From assembly GCA_041663165.1 (NCBI GenBank), contig JBAZRF010000003.1, positions 11,364-75,363 of the forward strand: 64,000 nucleotides of DNA. The letters are read 5' to 3'. Both the position numbers and the translations under genes were made by a program. Each line of letters opens with the position of its first letter. Positions within the stretch are counted from its first letter, which is position 1. Under the pieces are notes generated by a model. That model made no database searches, was not told where the DNA came from, and saw nothing but the letters and a program-made list of their open reading frames with translations. This stretch comes from Minisyncoccota bacterium. GTDB taxonomy: Bacteria; Patescibacteriota; Minisyncoccia; Phycocordibacterales; XYD1-FULL-46-19. Of this stretch, positions 16,806 through 25,181 are shown piece after piece.

Positions 16806-18425
16806 ATGCCAGATCGCAGTTTAGACGAAACAACCCTGCCAAGTTCCTATGATTTAAGCCGGATTGATATGACCGGCACGGAGTATGAGGAATTCGAAGG
16901 TCATCAGCTTGGAGAAGTGGTCAATTATAACAATTTAAGAAAGGAGGTTATTGCCCAGTTCGATTTCAAAGAATTTCTCAACTCATACAATAAATCGATT
17001 GAATTTTTTACTGAGAAAGATTTTAAAAATTGCGAATCTGTCGCCGAGAAAATCTTAAGAATAATTACCTCGCCTAAATATCGAAATGGATCTCTGGACA
17101 CCATCAATTTAGAAAAGTTTAAAACTTTCTTTTTAGAAAAAATAAATTTCTGGGTAGAGAAGAATGAACAGATACAGTTTATGTTGCCCGCCTTCCCTTT
17201 TAAGGTTGCCAACCCGCTAAAATCTTCACGTCGAGACGCGGATCTTGCCGAAGTGGGAGCTTTTTGTAAATTTAACGAAATCAACCTACAAATAAAAGAG
17301 ATTTACTCTCCGGGAATACGTTTTATTATTTTTCATGACGGCCATTTATATTATCGGCACTTTCTCCATACCAAAGAAGATGCCGATCGCTACTTCTCTT
17401 CGTTAAATAAATTTGTTGACGCCCTTGGCCTAAAAGAGGTGGTTGAATTGCGAGACGCTTACAAAGAGTTGGAACAAATGGATAATTTTGAAGAAATCTC
17501 TCAAACCGCGAGGCAAGAAATAACTAAGCTTTGGGAGAACTCAGCTTCAAACGAAAAAATATCGCAAATCTTAGAGTCAGCTAAGCAAAATATAAATTTG
17601 TCAGATGTGCCCCTTAATCTATTACGCAAGATCGCTGAGTTTGAAGAATGGGACCTTTCCAACACCGAGAAGGAAATAAAACGAAAAATACAAGAAAAGG
17701 CCAAAAACTGTGCTTTTGAATACATGGTTGTTCAACATGCATTAGAGAAGGCCAACTTTTTTGATTCCCGTGTTCCCAATGGGATTAGGCTCACGGTCCA
17801 TCCAAAAGAGGGGCAAATAGGTATCTACCTAGTTCGGAAAAAAACCTATCTGTTGCCTTGGATGGGGGTGGGGGTTTTGAAAAACAATGGTGAAGTCTCT
17901 GTTCATTATGAAAGTGATTTGATCATGAGTGGTAAGTATCATCCCGTTTTTATTGAAGGGGAGCAATATCCTTTTTATTATAAAGAGGCCGAGATAATTT
18001 ATGAGGGGCTTGAGCAATTTAAGGGGCTGTTTGATTCTGTTGTTCGCGATCTTAAAAAAGATGATTATTATCGAGTTTTTGCTTTTGGCCCCGAATATCA
18101 CAATGTCGAGGTTAGAGAGATACTGTCCAATGTTCATAAGGCGCTAGAAGATCGCCAGATTAGTGACCAGGCTATTTGCAAAAAAGAAAATCTGGATTCA
18201 TTGTTAGAAACGTATAAAGATAATTCAAATATTGAAATAAGGCCAACCGAAGATGAAGTCCCGGTCGGAGTAATTATTTTAAGAGATCGGGTAATTAATC
18301 TTTTATGGGGTACCGAACCGGCCGCCTTTGAAATTACCGATCCTGAAATCGTGGCGAGATATAACGATTATTTTAAAGAGGTTTGGGATAAGACCACGAG
18401 GTATGCCGCCGGGAGGAGTGTGTGA
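16806..18425 (+). CDS. Hypothetical 539-aa protein; N-terminal half possibly Dit1/PvcA-like (isonitrile-synthase family)
   Basis: Segment LPAFPFKVANPLKS...DADLAE...IYSPGIRFIIFHDGH recalls the Dit1/PvcA pattern from memory. The C-terminus ends in the shared repeat (AAGRSV). Confidence 0.45.
   Translation: MPDRSLDETTLPSSYDLSRIDMTGTEYEEFEGHQLGEVVNYNNLRKEVIAQFDFKEFLNSYNKSIEFFTEKDFKNCESVAEKILRIITSPKYRNGSLDTINLEKFKTFFLEKINFWVEKNEQIQFMLPAFPFKVANPLKSSRRDADLAEVGAFCKFNEINLQIKEIYSPGIRFIIFHDGHLYYRHFLHTKEDADRYFSSLNKFVDALGLKEVVELRDAYKELEQMDNFEEISQTARQEITKLWENSASNEKISQILESAKQNINLSDVPLNLLRKIAEFEEWDLSNTEKEIKRKIQEKAKNCAFEYMVVQHALEKANFFDSRVPNGIRLTVHPKEGQIGIYLVRKKTYLLPWMGVGVLKNNGEVSVHYESDLIMSGKYHPVFIEGEQYPFYYKEAEIIYEGLEQFKGLFDSVVRDLKKDDYYRVFAFGPEYHNVEVREILSNVHKALEDRQISDQAICKKENLDSLLETYKDNSNIEIRPTEDEVPVGVIILRDRVINLLWGTEPAAFEITDPEIVARYNDYFKEVWDKTTRYAAGRSV
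18393..18425 (+). repeat. Repeat copy C (ACCACGAGGTATGCCGCCGGGAGGAGTGTGTGA) forming the 3-prime end of the 539-aa ORF
   Basis: 16/16-nt identity with copies A and B over GCCGGGAGGAGTGTGT. Confidence 0.8.
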
Positions 18426-18477
18426 TATAGGAGAAGTTATTTAAATATGCTGTGTAAAGTGCTACCATATTGGCAAT

Positions 18478-18978
18478 ATGTTTGAAAGCATATTTTGGAC
18501 CATAATCAGTGGGGTAGCTGTTTTCGTTGTCAGCCAGCTTGTTTTGGAACTCTGCATAAAACCATATAGAGAGTATCGGGATATAAAATATCGTATATCA
18601 AACAAACTAAAGTATTACTCGAACCTAATTACGAATCCTCTCAATTTGCTGGAACCCGTCGAGAATTTATTTACTACTGTTACAAAAACTCGTCAAGATG
18701 ATTTACAAGAGATAAATCGCAAAGAAGTTTTAGATTATTACTTAAAAACTTCTAGTGAAATGCGAAAACTTTCTTGCGACCTGGAAACTGGCTATTTTAA
18801 TAATTTAGATTTAATCAGGAAAATTTTTATAAAAGAGGATCTCCAGGATATAGATAAAGCCTCATCTCTCTTAATCAGAATATCAAACTGTCTTTTTGAG
18901 CCACGGATGGCTTTACAAAACGGCAAAGACATTGACGAAATCAAAAAACATCTTAATTTAAAATCAATTAATAATTAA
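18478..18978 (+). CDS. Hypothetical protein with N-terminal TM helix (166 aa)
   Basis: ORF with a hydrophobic N-terminus. Confidence 0.4.
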   Translation: MFESIFWTIISGVAVFVVSQLVLELCIKPYREYRDIKYRISNKLKYYSNLITNPLNLLEPVENLFTTVTKTRQDDLQEINRKEVLDYYLKTSSEMRKLSCDLETGYFNNLDLIRKIFIKEDLQDIDKASSLLIRISNCLFEPRMALQNGKDIDEIKKHLNLKSINN

Positions 18979-18987
18979 TAAAAAACC

Positions 18988-19311
18988 ATGGATCATAACA
19001 ACACCACTACGGCGTTTGAGTTGCCGGGGAAGAAGATTGTAAAAAATTTAGGGGTCGTGAAGGGGATCATTGTTCGCTCGCGCTCAATTGTGGGCACGAT
19101 TGGCGGGTCGCTCCAAACCATTTTGGGCGGGAATATCTCGCTCTTTACCGAACTCTGCGAAAAAACGCGCGAGGAGGCCTACGAGCTAATGATTAAACAT
19201 GCCGAAGAGAAGGGGGCCAACGCCATCATCGGCGTGCGTTACGACACCACCGAGCTGATGCAAAGCGTGACCGAAGTGCTTTGCTACGGTACGGCCGTTG
19301 TCGTCGAATAG
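18988..19311 (+). CDS. YbjQ/UPF0145 family protein
   Basis: 107 aa; [11 protein letters not shown] motif typical of UPF0145. Confidence 0.7.
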   Translation: MDHNNTTTAFELPGKKIVKNLGVVKGIIVRSRSIVGTIGGSLQTILGGNISLFTELCEKTREEAYELMIKHAEEKGANAIIGVRYDTTELMQSVTEVLCYGTAVVVE

Positions 19312-19323
19312 CCTTTCACCATA

Positions 19324-19360
19324 AAAATAACATCCTTACAAACTTGAGAATGTAAGGATG
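19324..19360. repeat. Hairpin repeat copy 1 (AAAATAA-CATCCTTACA-AACTTGAGAA-TGTAAGGATG)
   Basis: 37/37 identical to 23040-23076. Contains a 10-bp perfect palindrome. Confidence 0.85.
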
Positions 19361-19385
19361 AGAATTGATCCGAATAAACCCGCTT

Positions 19386-19751
19386 TTATTTAGTAAGTCT
19401 TTTCCGCCAATTGATGAGAAACAAAATGCCGATCAGAAAGGCTGGGCCGGCGATTATTACCGACCACGAGATCATGTACCATTCAAATCTGGGCTTCATG
19501 GCTAAGAGGAGAATATAAAGCAAGCCAGCGAGAATAAAAGCGATTCCGCCCACGATCTCATAGCGCCAAGAAATCCATAGGATGATCGCCAAAACAAAGA
19601 CCGGAATATTGTGCATGAATAGTCCAACGACGGTTCCCCAAAAACCGTAATTGCCATCAAAGATATCTAAAGAAAACATTGCTAGAAAAATAATAAAGAC
19701 AACTGAAGCAATTCTTGGCATCCAATAGATAAATTTGTTGATTTTGGTCAT
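19386..19751 (-). CDS. Hypothetical small membrane protein (121 aa, 3-4 TM)
   Basis: Hydrophobic ORF co-directional with the 942-aa gene. Confidence 0.45.
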   Translation of the reverse strand: MTKINKFIYWMPRIASVVFIIFLAMFSLDIFDGNYGFWGTVVGLFMHNIPVFVLAIILWISWRYEIVGGIAFILAGLLYILLLAMKPRFEWYMISWSVIIAGPAFLIGILFLINWRKRLTK

Positions 19752-19756
19752 CGTTT

Positions 19757-20116
19757 TTATCCCCTAACTTTTTTGTAAATGATTATTCCCAAACTGACGA
19801 AGAGAAAGATGGCACTTAAAAACCAGGTTAGAATATATTTATTTATACAAATCTCAAAAAAACCGTGGCAGTAATCGGGAGTGAAAACCTCGGCCAGAAC
19901 TGATAAGGGGATAAAGATGATGGCAAATTTACTCCATGTTTTGAATATTTGGTTAGAAAAAAACAAAAGGATGACTAGAGTTAAAATTATTATTGGTGTT
20001 GCTATAGCTAAGGGTAAACCAAGAGAAAAAGCACTAGATTTTAACCAAAAATCCGCCCAAACGTAAAGAGCTAGACAAATAGCGATAAACACCCAAATAG
20101 TTTTTTTGTGAGACAT
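19757..20116 (-). CDS. Hypothetical small membrane protein (119 aa)
   Basis: Hydrophobic ORF. Confidence 0.45.
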   Translation of the reverse strand: MSHKKTIWVFIAICLALYVWADFWLKSSAFSLGLPLAIATPIIILTLVILLFFSNQIFKTWSKFAIIFIPLSVLAEVFTPDYCHGFFEICINKYILTWFLSAIFLFVSLGIIIYKKVRG

Positions 20117-20117
20117 T

Positions 20118-22946
20118 TTATTTCAAATTATCTAATAATTGATTAAGCATTTTAACAAGAATATCTTTGTCTGATTGGGGAATTATTTGCCGGTTGCGCC
20201 AGTGCGGACGATCGGCCAGCCAAACGGTCAATTTTATTCTGCGTTCAACGTTCTTTATTTTTCCTCGCTCGATTAATTTTATCATATTATCGATCCTCGC
20301 TTCTAATAACTTTTCCACTAAAGGCTTAAGGTCAAAACTGGCGACAACCTTTTTCATCATTTGTAAGTAAAGAATTAGATCAAAACCGGTATTTGGTTTA
20401 ACGGCAAAATCATTTTTGCCATCACCATCGGCGTCGATTAATAGAGTTGTCGAAGTTCCAGCCGAGACGTTTAAACTGGCTATCGTCATTGGCGTAACGG
20501 GGATATCGGTAAATGATACAGTTGTAGTACTAACACCATCGGTTGTTTCTTCTTGCTCGTAACTAAAAATACCAAAGCTTAACCCCGCTAATTTTATCGC
20601 ATAATTAGCTGGGGCGAGCCCGTTTCCGAAGGGTAAAACAATGTATTTACCCTCGCCAAAATCAAGATATTTGCTATTAGGGATATCCTCTTCGATCAAT
20701 TGCAAATCTGAATTCGGGTTCGGATTAGGAATAAGCCCAGTGTGATTGCCTAAATTATCATAAGCATTAAGCGAGACGGGCGAATGGACGCTAATGAGTA
20801 AGTTTTTTTGCCCTGCCGTTGGAGTCGGTTTGGCTAGAGAAAAATAATTTGGTAAATCAATAGTGTTTTTGATGAGATTTGTGATTTCTTGTTGCACAGA
20901 GCTCATTTCGAAAATATCTTTATGCACCCAACTTTTATTATTAACCTCATTGTATTTCTGTATATCAAGGTAAAAATCTCTATGACTCCCCACTGCTCCG
21001 GTGGCGCTTGGCGAAACCACCGTCCCGTCGCCGTCGGTGGTGAGGAGGGGGTGGATGTCGAGCTTGTTGTCTTTAGCTAAATACTCGGTGGTTTTGAGGG
21101 TGGGGATGCCCCAACCGGCGATTTGAATTACCTCGGTCGTTGTCGGGAATTGCCAATTGTCGAGGTTATCATGAGTAATCTGACTTTTGGTGAACATTTG
21201 GGAATTTAAAATATTGGGGGTCGCCAGGTTGGTTACCGCCGGTTTGGCTCGGCCGTCAAGTTGACCAAGCGCAAATTGCTGGAGTTTGTCGGCCGATGAA
21301 ATTTCGGTGCCGTAGCTAGCCAAACCGGGCATAATTTTTACCGCTGACTGGTCGAATTTAATTACTGGTTCTTGCACGGTGGCAAAATATTTGGTTGAAG
21401 GGAGGAGATTGTAAGCTGACGGCATATTCTCAACCGCTTGGCGCGCGACCGATTGATTAAGGAGAAAGCCGTAACCTAAGGCTTGATCAGCGCCATGGAG
21501 CATGGTGGGGATAGCTTCAGGCGTGCCGAGTTGTGGTACCGCTACCAAAATTACTTTATCAATTTTGTCGACTAAATCGCTTTGGTTAGAGGTTTTCATT
21601 TCTTGTAATTTTTGCATTAAAGCCTTTGCCACCAAACCCCCGTTTGAGTGGGCAACAATTGTCACCTTGCCATTTTTGGAGCGGTTGGCTAATTTTTGAA
21701 TCTCGGCGATCATGTAGGGAAGTTGTCCGGCCGACAAGTCGGAAGTATAAGAAATACCCTTTGTTGTCGTTGCCCCGCGCGCAACCACTTTATCTAAATC
21801 AAAACGCCAATCATAAGGCAGGGGTTCAAAATCGGCAATATCGCCAGCGGCCACCATTTTATTCATTGATTTGATGAAACCATCATAAATCGGCATGAAG
21901 CCGAGAAAAGCGTTATCAATTACTTCGCGGGTGTAGATTGAAGGATCAACACTCTCGCCAGCGGTCGTCATAAATAATTTACGGGCATCATCGTTGCGGT
22001 TAGGCACCCACAATTCGTTCTCACAATTAAACAACGTGCAACCCGGTTCTTGGCGATACAAGAAGCTGGCTTCGACACCGGGGATAAAAACAACACTTGA
22101 GAAACCGAACGGCGAGGTGGTAAAAGAATTCTCATCACTTACGGTTGGCGGGATAACTGCTGGCGTTTGGCCAATCCAGGGGTCAAAAAGGACATTAGCG
22201 CCAACGATCTTATCACCTAAACCGTTTGGGTTAAGATCGACATGGTAGGGTCCGCTATTATCGCCCCACCAATTATGGCGCGCGTCCATTGCTCGACCAT
22301 AATAGTCTCGCAGGCCAGCCTCGGTATTATGATGAATTTGACTTTGCGTGATATTGGCCGTGCCGTCTATGAAACCAAAACCAACATTATTATTGGTCAA
22401 AATACTGGCGCTGATGGTGGTGGAGCCACTTTCTTGATAAATACCTAGCGGATTGTTGGTTAACTGCGAATCGGTGATCAGTGATTCGCCGCCAGCGGCG
22501 TGGATAGCCGCGCCACCAGAATAAAAACCAGCATAACGAGCGATCACGTGAGCGAAATTAAGATGACCGGTGGCGAGGACATATAATTGATCCCAATCGC
22601 GCATCGCCGGTATGGTGGTGGTGCCATCGCCGTTTGAGTCGCCACTAATCGAATCATCTTTGTAAGAAGTAAAATAAATTTCGTCACCGGTGTTGCCTTG
22701 GGCGCTAAGCTCCCCGTTGATGTAAAAAGCGGATTTATTTTTGAATTTGACAATAGTACCCGGTTCGAGGGCGAGGGTTACGCCGTTATTAATATAAACG
22801 TCATCGGTTATGATGTAGGGGCTAGCAGCTTTGGTCCAAGTGGTATTAGTGCTTAGGCTGGCACCCGAAATTATCGTCTCAGCGAAAAGTGACAGAGGCG
22901 AGCTTAATAAAAGTAACGTTATCAAAAAAATAAATCTTTGAAACAT
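20118..22946 (-). CDS. Secreted 942-aa protein: N-terminal parallel beta-helix repeats, then an alpha/beta-hydrolase (lipase/esterase-like) domain
   Basis: Signal peptide; NxxGxxF beta-helix-like repeats; nucleophile-elbow-like VAHSNGG; long C-terminal region of unknown function. Confidence 0.55.
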   Translation of the reverse strand: MFQRFIFLITLLLLSSPLSLFAETIISGASLSTNTTWTKAASPYIITDDVYINNGVTLALEPGTIVKFKNKSAFYINGELSAQGNTGDEIYFTSYKDDSISGDSNGDGTTTIPAMRDWDQLYVLATGHLNFAHVIARYAGFYSGGAAIHAAGGESLITDSQLTNNPLGIYQESGSTTISASILTNNNVGFGFIDGTANITQSQIHHNTEAGLRDYYGRAMDARHNWWGDNSGPYHVDLNPNGLGDKIVGANVLFDPWIGQTPAVIPPTVSDENSFTTSPFGFSSVVFIPGVEASFLYRQEPGCTLFNCENELWVPNRNDDARKLFMTTAGESVDPSIYTREVIDNAFLGFMPIYDGFIKSMNKMVAAGDIADFEPLPYDWRFDLDKVVARGATTTKGISYTSDLSAGQLPYMIAEIQKLANRSKNGKVTIVAHSNGGLVAKALMQKLQEMKTSNQSDLVDKIDKVILVAVPQLGTPEAIPTMLHGADQALGYGFLLNQSVARQAVENMPSAYNLLPSTKYFATVQEPVIKFDQSAVKIMPGLASYGTEISSADKLQQFALGQLDGRAKPAVTNLATPNILNSQMFTKSQITHDNLDNWQFPTTTEVIQIAGWGIPTLKTTEYLAKDNKLDIHPLLTTDGDGTVVSPSATGAVGSHRDFYLDIQKYNEVNNKSWVHKDIFEMSSVQQEITNLIKNTIDLPNYFSLAKPTPTAGQKNLLISVHSPVSLNAYDNLGNHTGLIPNPNPNSDLQLIEEDIPNSKYLDFGEGKYIVLPFGNGLAPANYAIKLAGLSFGIFSYEQEETTDGVSTTTVSFTDIPVTPMTIASLNVSAGTSTTLLIDADGDGKNDFAVKPNTGFDLILYLQMMKKVVASFDLKPLVEKLLEARIDNMIKLIERGKIKNVERRIKLTVWLADRPHWRNRQIIPQSDKDILVKMLNQLLDNLK

Positions 22947-23039
22947 TTTTTACTTTTTTATTTTACACCCAACTTGATTTTTATTAAAACTTTTGCGGAC
23001 AACCTAAGTGCCTTGCAGCAATCACGGGGGTGTCTTGCC

Positions 23040-23081
23040 AAAATAACATCCTTACAAACTTGAGAATGTAAGGATGTTATT
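23040..23081. repeat. Hairpin repeat copy 2 (15-bp stem), lying in the divergent promoter region
   Basis: AATAACATCCTTACA-AACTTGAGAA-TGTAAGGATGTTATT. Confidence 0.85.
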
Positions 23082-23094
23082 GTAAAATATAGAA

Positions 23095-23382
23095 GTGGCA
23101 GGCAAATTAAAAACAACCAAACAAATGGAGCGCCATCTCAAAGGGATGGCCAATCATTATCGAATTGGGATTTTGTTGCTGGTAGCTGAACAGCCCAAAA
23201 TCACGCTTGAGGAAATTGCCGACACACTAAAGGGAAATCCTAAAACAATTGGCGAACATACTCGGCGGCTTAATACCGCCGGCTTGATTAACAAAAAATA
23301 TCACGGAAAGTTCGTGGAACACGAGTTGTCGGCCTACGGCAAAATCTTCGTCAAATTCTTGCAATCTTTCCAACGGCTATGA
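23095..23382 (+). CDS. ArsR/SmtB-like winged-HTH transcriptional regulator
   Basis: 95 aa with an HTH core (ITLEEIADTL...HTRRLNTAGLI). Confidence 0.5.
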   Translation: MAGKLKTTKQMERHLKGMANHYRIGILLLVAEQPKITLEEIADTLKGNPKTIGEHTRRLNTAGLINKKYHGKFVEHELSAYGKIFVKFLQSFQRL

Positions 23383-23387
23383 TTGTC

Positions 23388-23425
23388 CATAATATCATTC
23401 TTACAAACTGGAGTTTGTTGGGATG
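23388..23425. repeat. Hairpin repeat copy 3 (degenerate)
   Basis: CATCATTCTTACAAAC-TGGA-GTTTGTTGGGATG. Confidence 0.6.
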
Positions 23426-23449
23426 AAACAGGTTTGATATTATAAAAAC

Positions 23450-23977
23450 ATGATTGAGATTTCTCAAGCTAAACCAGAAGATGCGGCTGGAGCCCAACAG
23501 GTTTTTTATAAAACCTGGTTGGATACTTACCCTAACGAAGAATGTGGTATTACCGCTGCTGATATCGAAGATCGATTTAAAGATCGGATAACTGATGAGG
23601 GTATTGCTAAGATGGCTGACAAAATTGCTAATCCTGAGCCTAACTCCCTATTTTTATTGGCCAAAGATGGAAACAAAATTGTCGGGGTTTGCCGGGCTCT
23701 GAAAAATGAAGAGAAAAATCAATTAACCGCTATCTACGTTTTGCCCGAATACCAGGGCAGGGGTGTTGGACAAATGTTTTGGCAAAAGGTTAAAAAGTTT
23801 TTTGATCCTAATAAAAAGATAACCGTTGAGGTGGCAACCTACAATCAAAAAGGGATAAGTTTTTATCAACAACTTGGTTTTGTTGATACTGGCCGACGTT
23901 TTTCTCCTGAAAATACTCGGATGAAAAGCGGTTCGCTTATCCCCGAAATGGAAATGGTGACGGAGAATAATTGTTGA
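23450..23977 (+). CDS. GNAT-family N-acetyltransferase
   Basis: QGRGVGQ motif and GNAT length. Confidence 0.7.
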   Translation: MIEISQAKPEDAAGAQQVFYKTWLDTYPNEECGITAADIEDRFKDRITDEGIAKMADKIANPEPNSLFLLAKDGNKIVGVCRALKNEEKNQLTAIYVLPEYQGRGVGQMFWQKVKKFFDPNKKITVEVATYNQKGISFYQQLGFVDTGRRFSPENTRMKSGSLIPEMEMVTENNC

Positions 23978-24240
23978 TGAAGACCTTTACGGAAAAAGTT
24001 TTGGCGGTGGTGGGGAGGATCCCGAAAGGGAAGGTTTTAACATATGGGGAGGTGGCGAAAAAGGCGGGCAATGCCAAGGCGAGCCGAGCTGTCGGGAATA
24101 TTTTGAATAAAAATCACGACCCAGCTATTCCCTGTCATCGAGTCATTAGATCAGACGGTAAATTGGGCGGTTATAACCGCGGCGCCAAAGCCAAAGCTGA
24201 TTTGCTCAAAAAAGAAGGGTTCAGAAAGATGGGGGGCTAA
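23971..24240 (+). CDS. Methylated-DNA-protein-cysteine methyltransferase catalytic domain only (Ogt/MGMT C-terminal domain)
   Basis: PCHRVI active-site motif in an 89-aa protein. Confidence 0.7.
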   Translation: MLMKTFTEKVLAVVGRIPKGKVLTYGEVAKKAGNAKASRAVGNILNKNHDPAIPCHRVIRSDGKLGGYNRGAKAKADLLKKEGFRKMGG

Positions 24241-24264
24241 GTGTGCTATACTTAGTAAAATAAC

Positions 24265-25173
24265 ATGTTTTTATATCGCAAAAATAGCAAATGGGAGGAT
24301 AATACCGGTCCGGCGGTTAAGGCGCTTAGGTTAGTCTTGCTGGTCTTGATTGTTGTTGGTTTAGTTCTGATCTTCACGAAAAATCTTTGGGTGCCCAAAT
24401 TGGTTGATTATATTTTGCAAACCAAGGGCCAGCCGGAGGGGGTGATCAATGCCGTAACATTCAATTGTCAGGATGAAAAAGCGATCGACGCCATCTTTTT
24501 TAAAGATCGAGCTGAGCTGACTTTAAATGATGGACGTCACCTGCTTTTGAATCAGGCTGTCTCGGCCTCGGGCGCGCGTTATGCTAACCGCGATGAGAGT
24601 TTTGTATTCTGGAATAAGGGCGATACTGCTTTTATAACTGAAAAGGATCCTTTGGCTTCGCTCGGGACAAGCAAAACGACTTTTGCTAATTGTGTGCTTG
24701 CCGAGAATAATCAAACAGGTACGGTCGAACAATATTTTAGTCAAAATCTTAAAACGTTTGTCGACGATGAAACCGGTATTACCTTTCAATATCCTGATAA
24801 AATTTTAACCAAATATATCGAAACCGTTGACTGGCCACCTAAGGTCCAAGAATTGCGGGAACCTTTTTCTTGTGTCGAAACTGGAGCTGAAACTGGCCGG
24901 GCCGGTAAAACGGCGAGGCAAATAATTAATGGGCAAGACTATTGTGTCACCAAGGAAAGCGAGGGCGCGGCTGGCAGTATTTATACCAATTATGTCTACG
25001 CTTTTCCTTACAATAATACAACGATCATTTTTACTTTTAGCCTCCGGTTCGTGCAGTGCGACAATTATGATGATCCGCAAAAAAGCGCCTGCAAACAAGA
25101 GCGATCATTGTTTAGCCCCGATAATGCCACTGATCAAATGGCGGAGAGCTTGAGTTTTCAGATCCAACAATAA
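24265..25173 (+). CDS. Membrane-anchored MliC-like (C-type lysozyme inhibitor) domain protein
   Basis: N-terminal TM helix; FNCQDE...SASGARYAN...FWNKGDTAF matches the MliC pattern. Confidence 0.5.
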   Translation: MFLYRKNSKWEDNTGPAVKALRLVLLVLIVVGLVLIFTKNLWVPKLVDYILQTKGQPEGVINAVTFNCQDEKAIDAIFFKDRAELTLNDGRHLLLNQAVSASGARYANRDESFVFWNKGDTAFITEKDPLASLGTSKTTFANCVLAENNQTGTVEQYFSQNLKTFVDDETGITFQYPDKILTKYIETVDWPPKVQELREPFSCVETGAETGRAGKTARQIINGQDYCVTKESEGAAGSIYTNYVYAFPYNNTTIIFTFSLRFVQCDNYDDPQKSACKQERSLFSPDNATDQMAESLSFQIQQ

Positions 25174-25181
25174 GTTTACCC

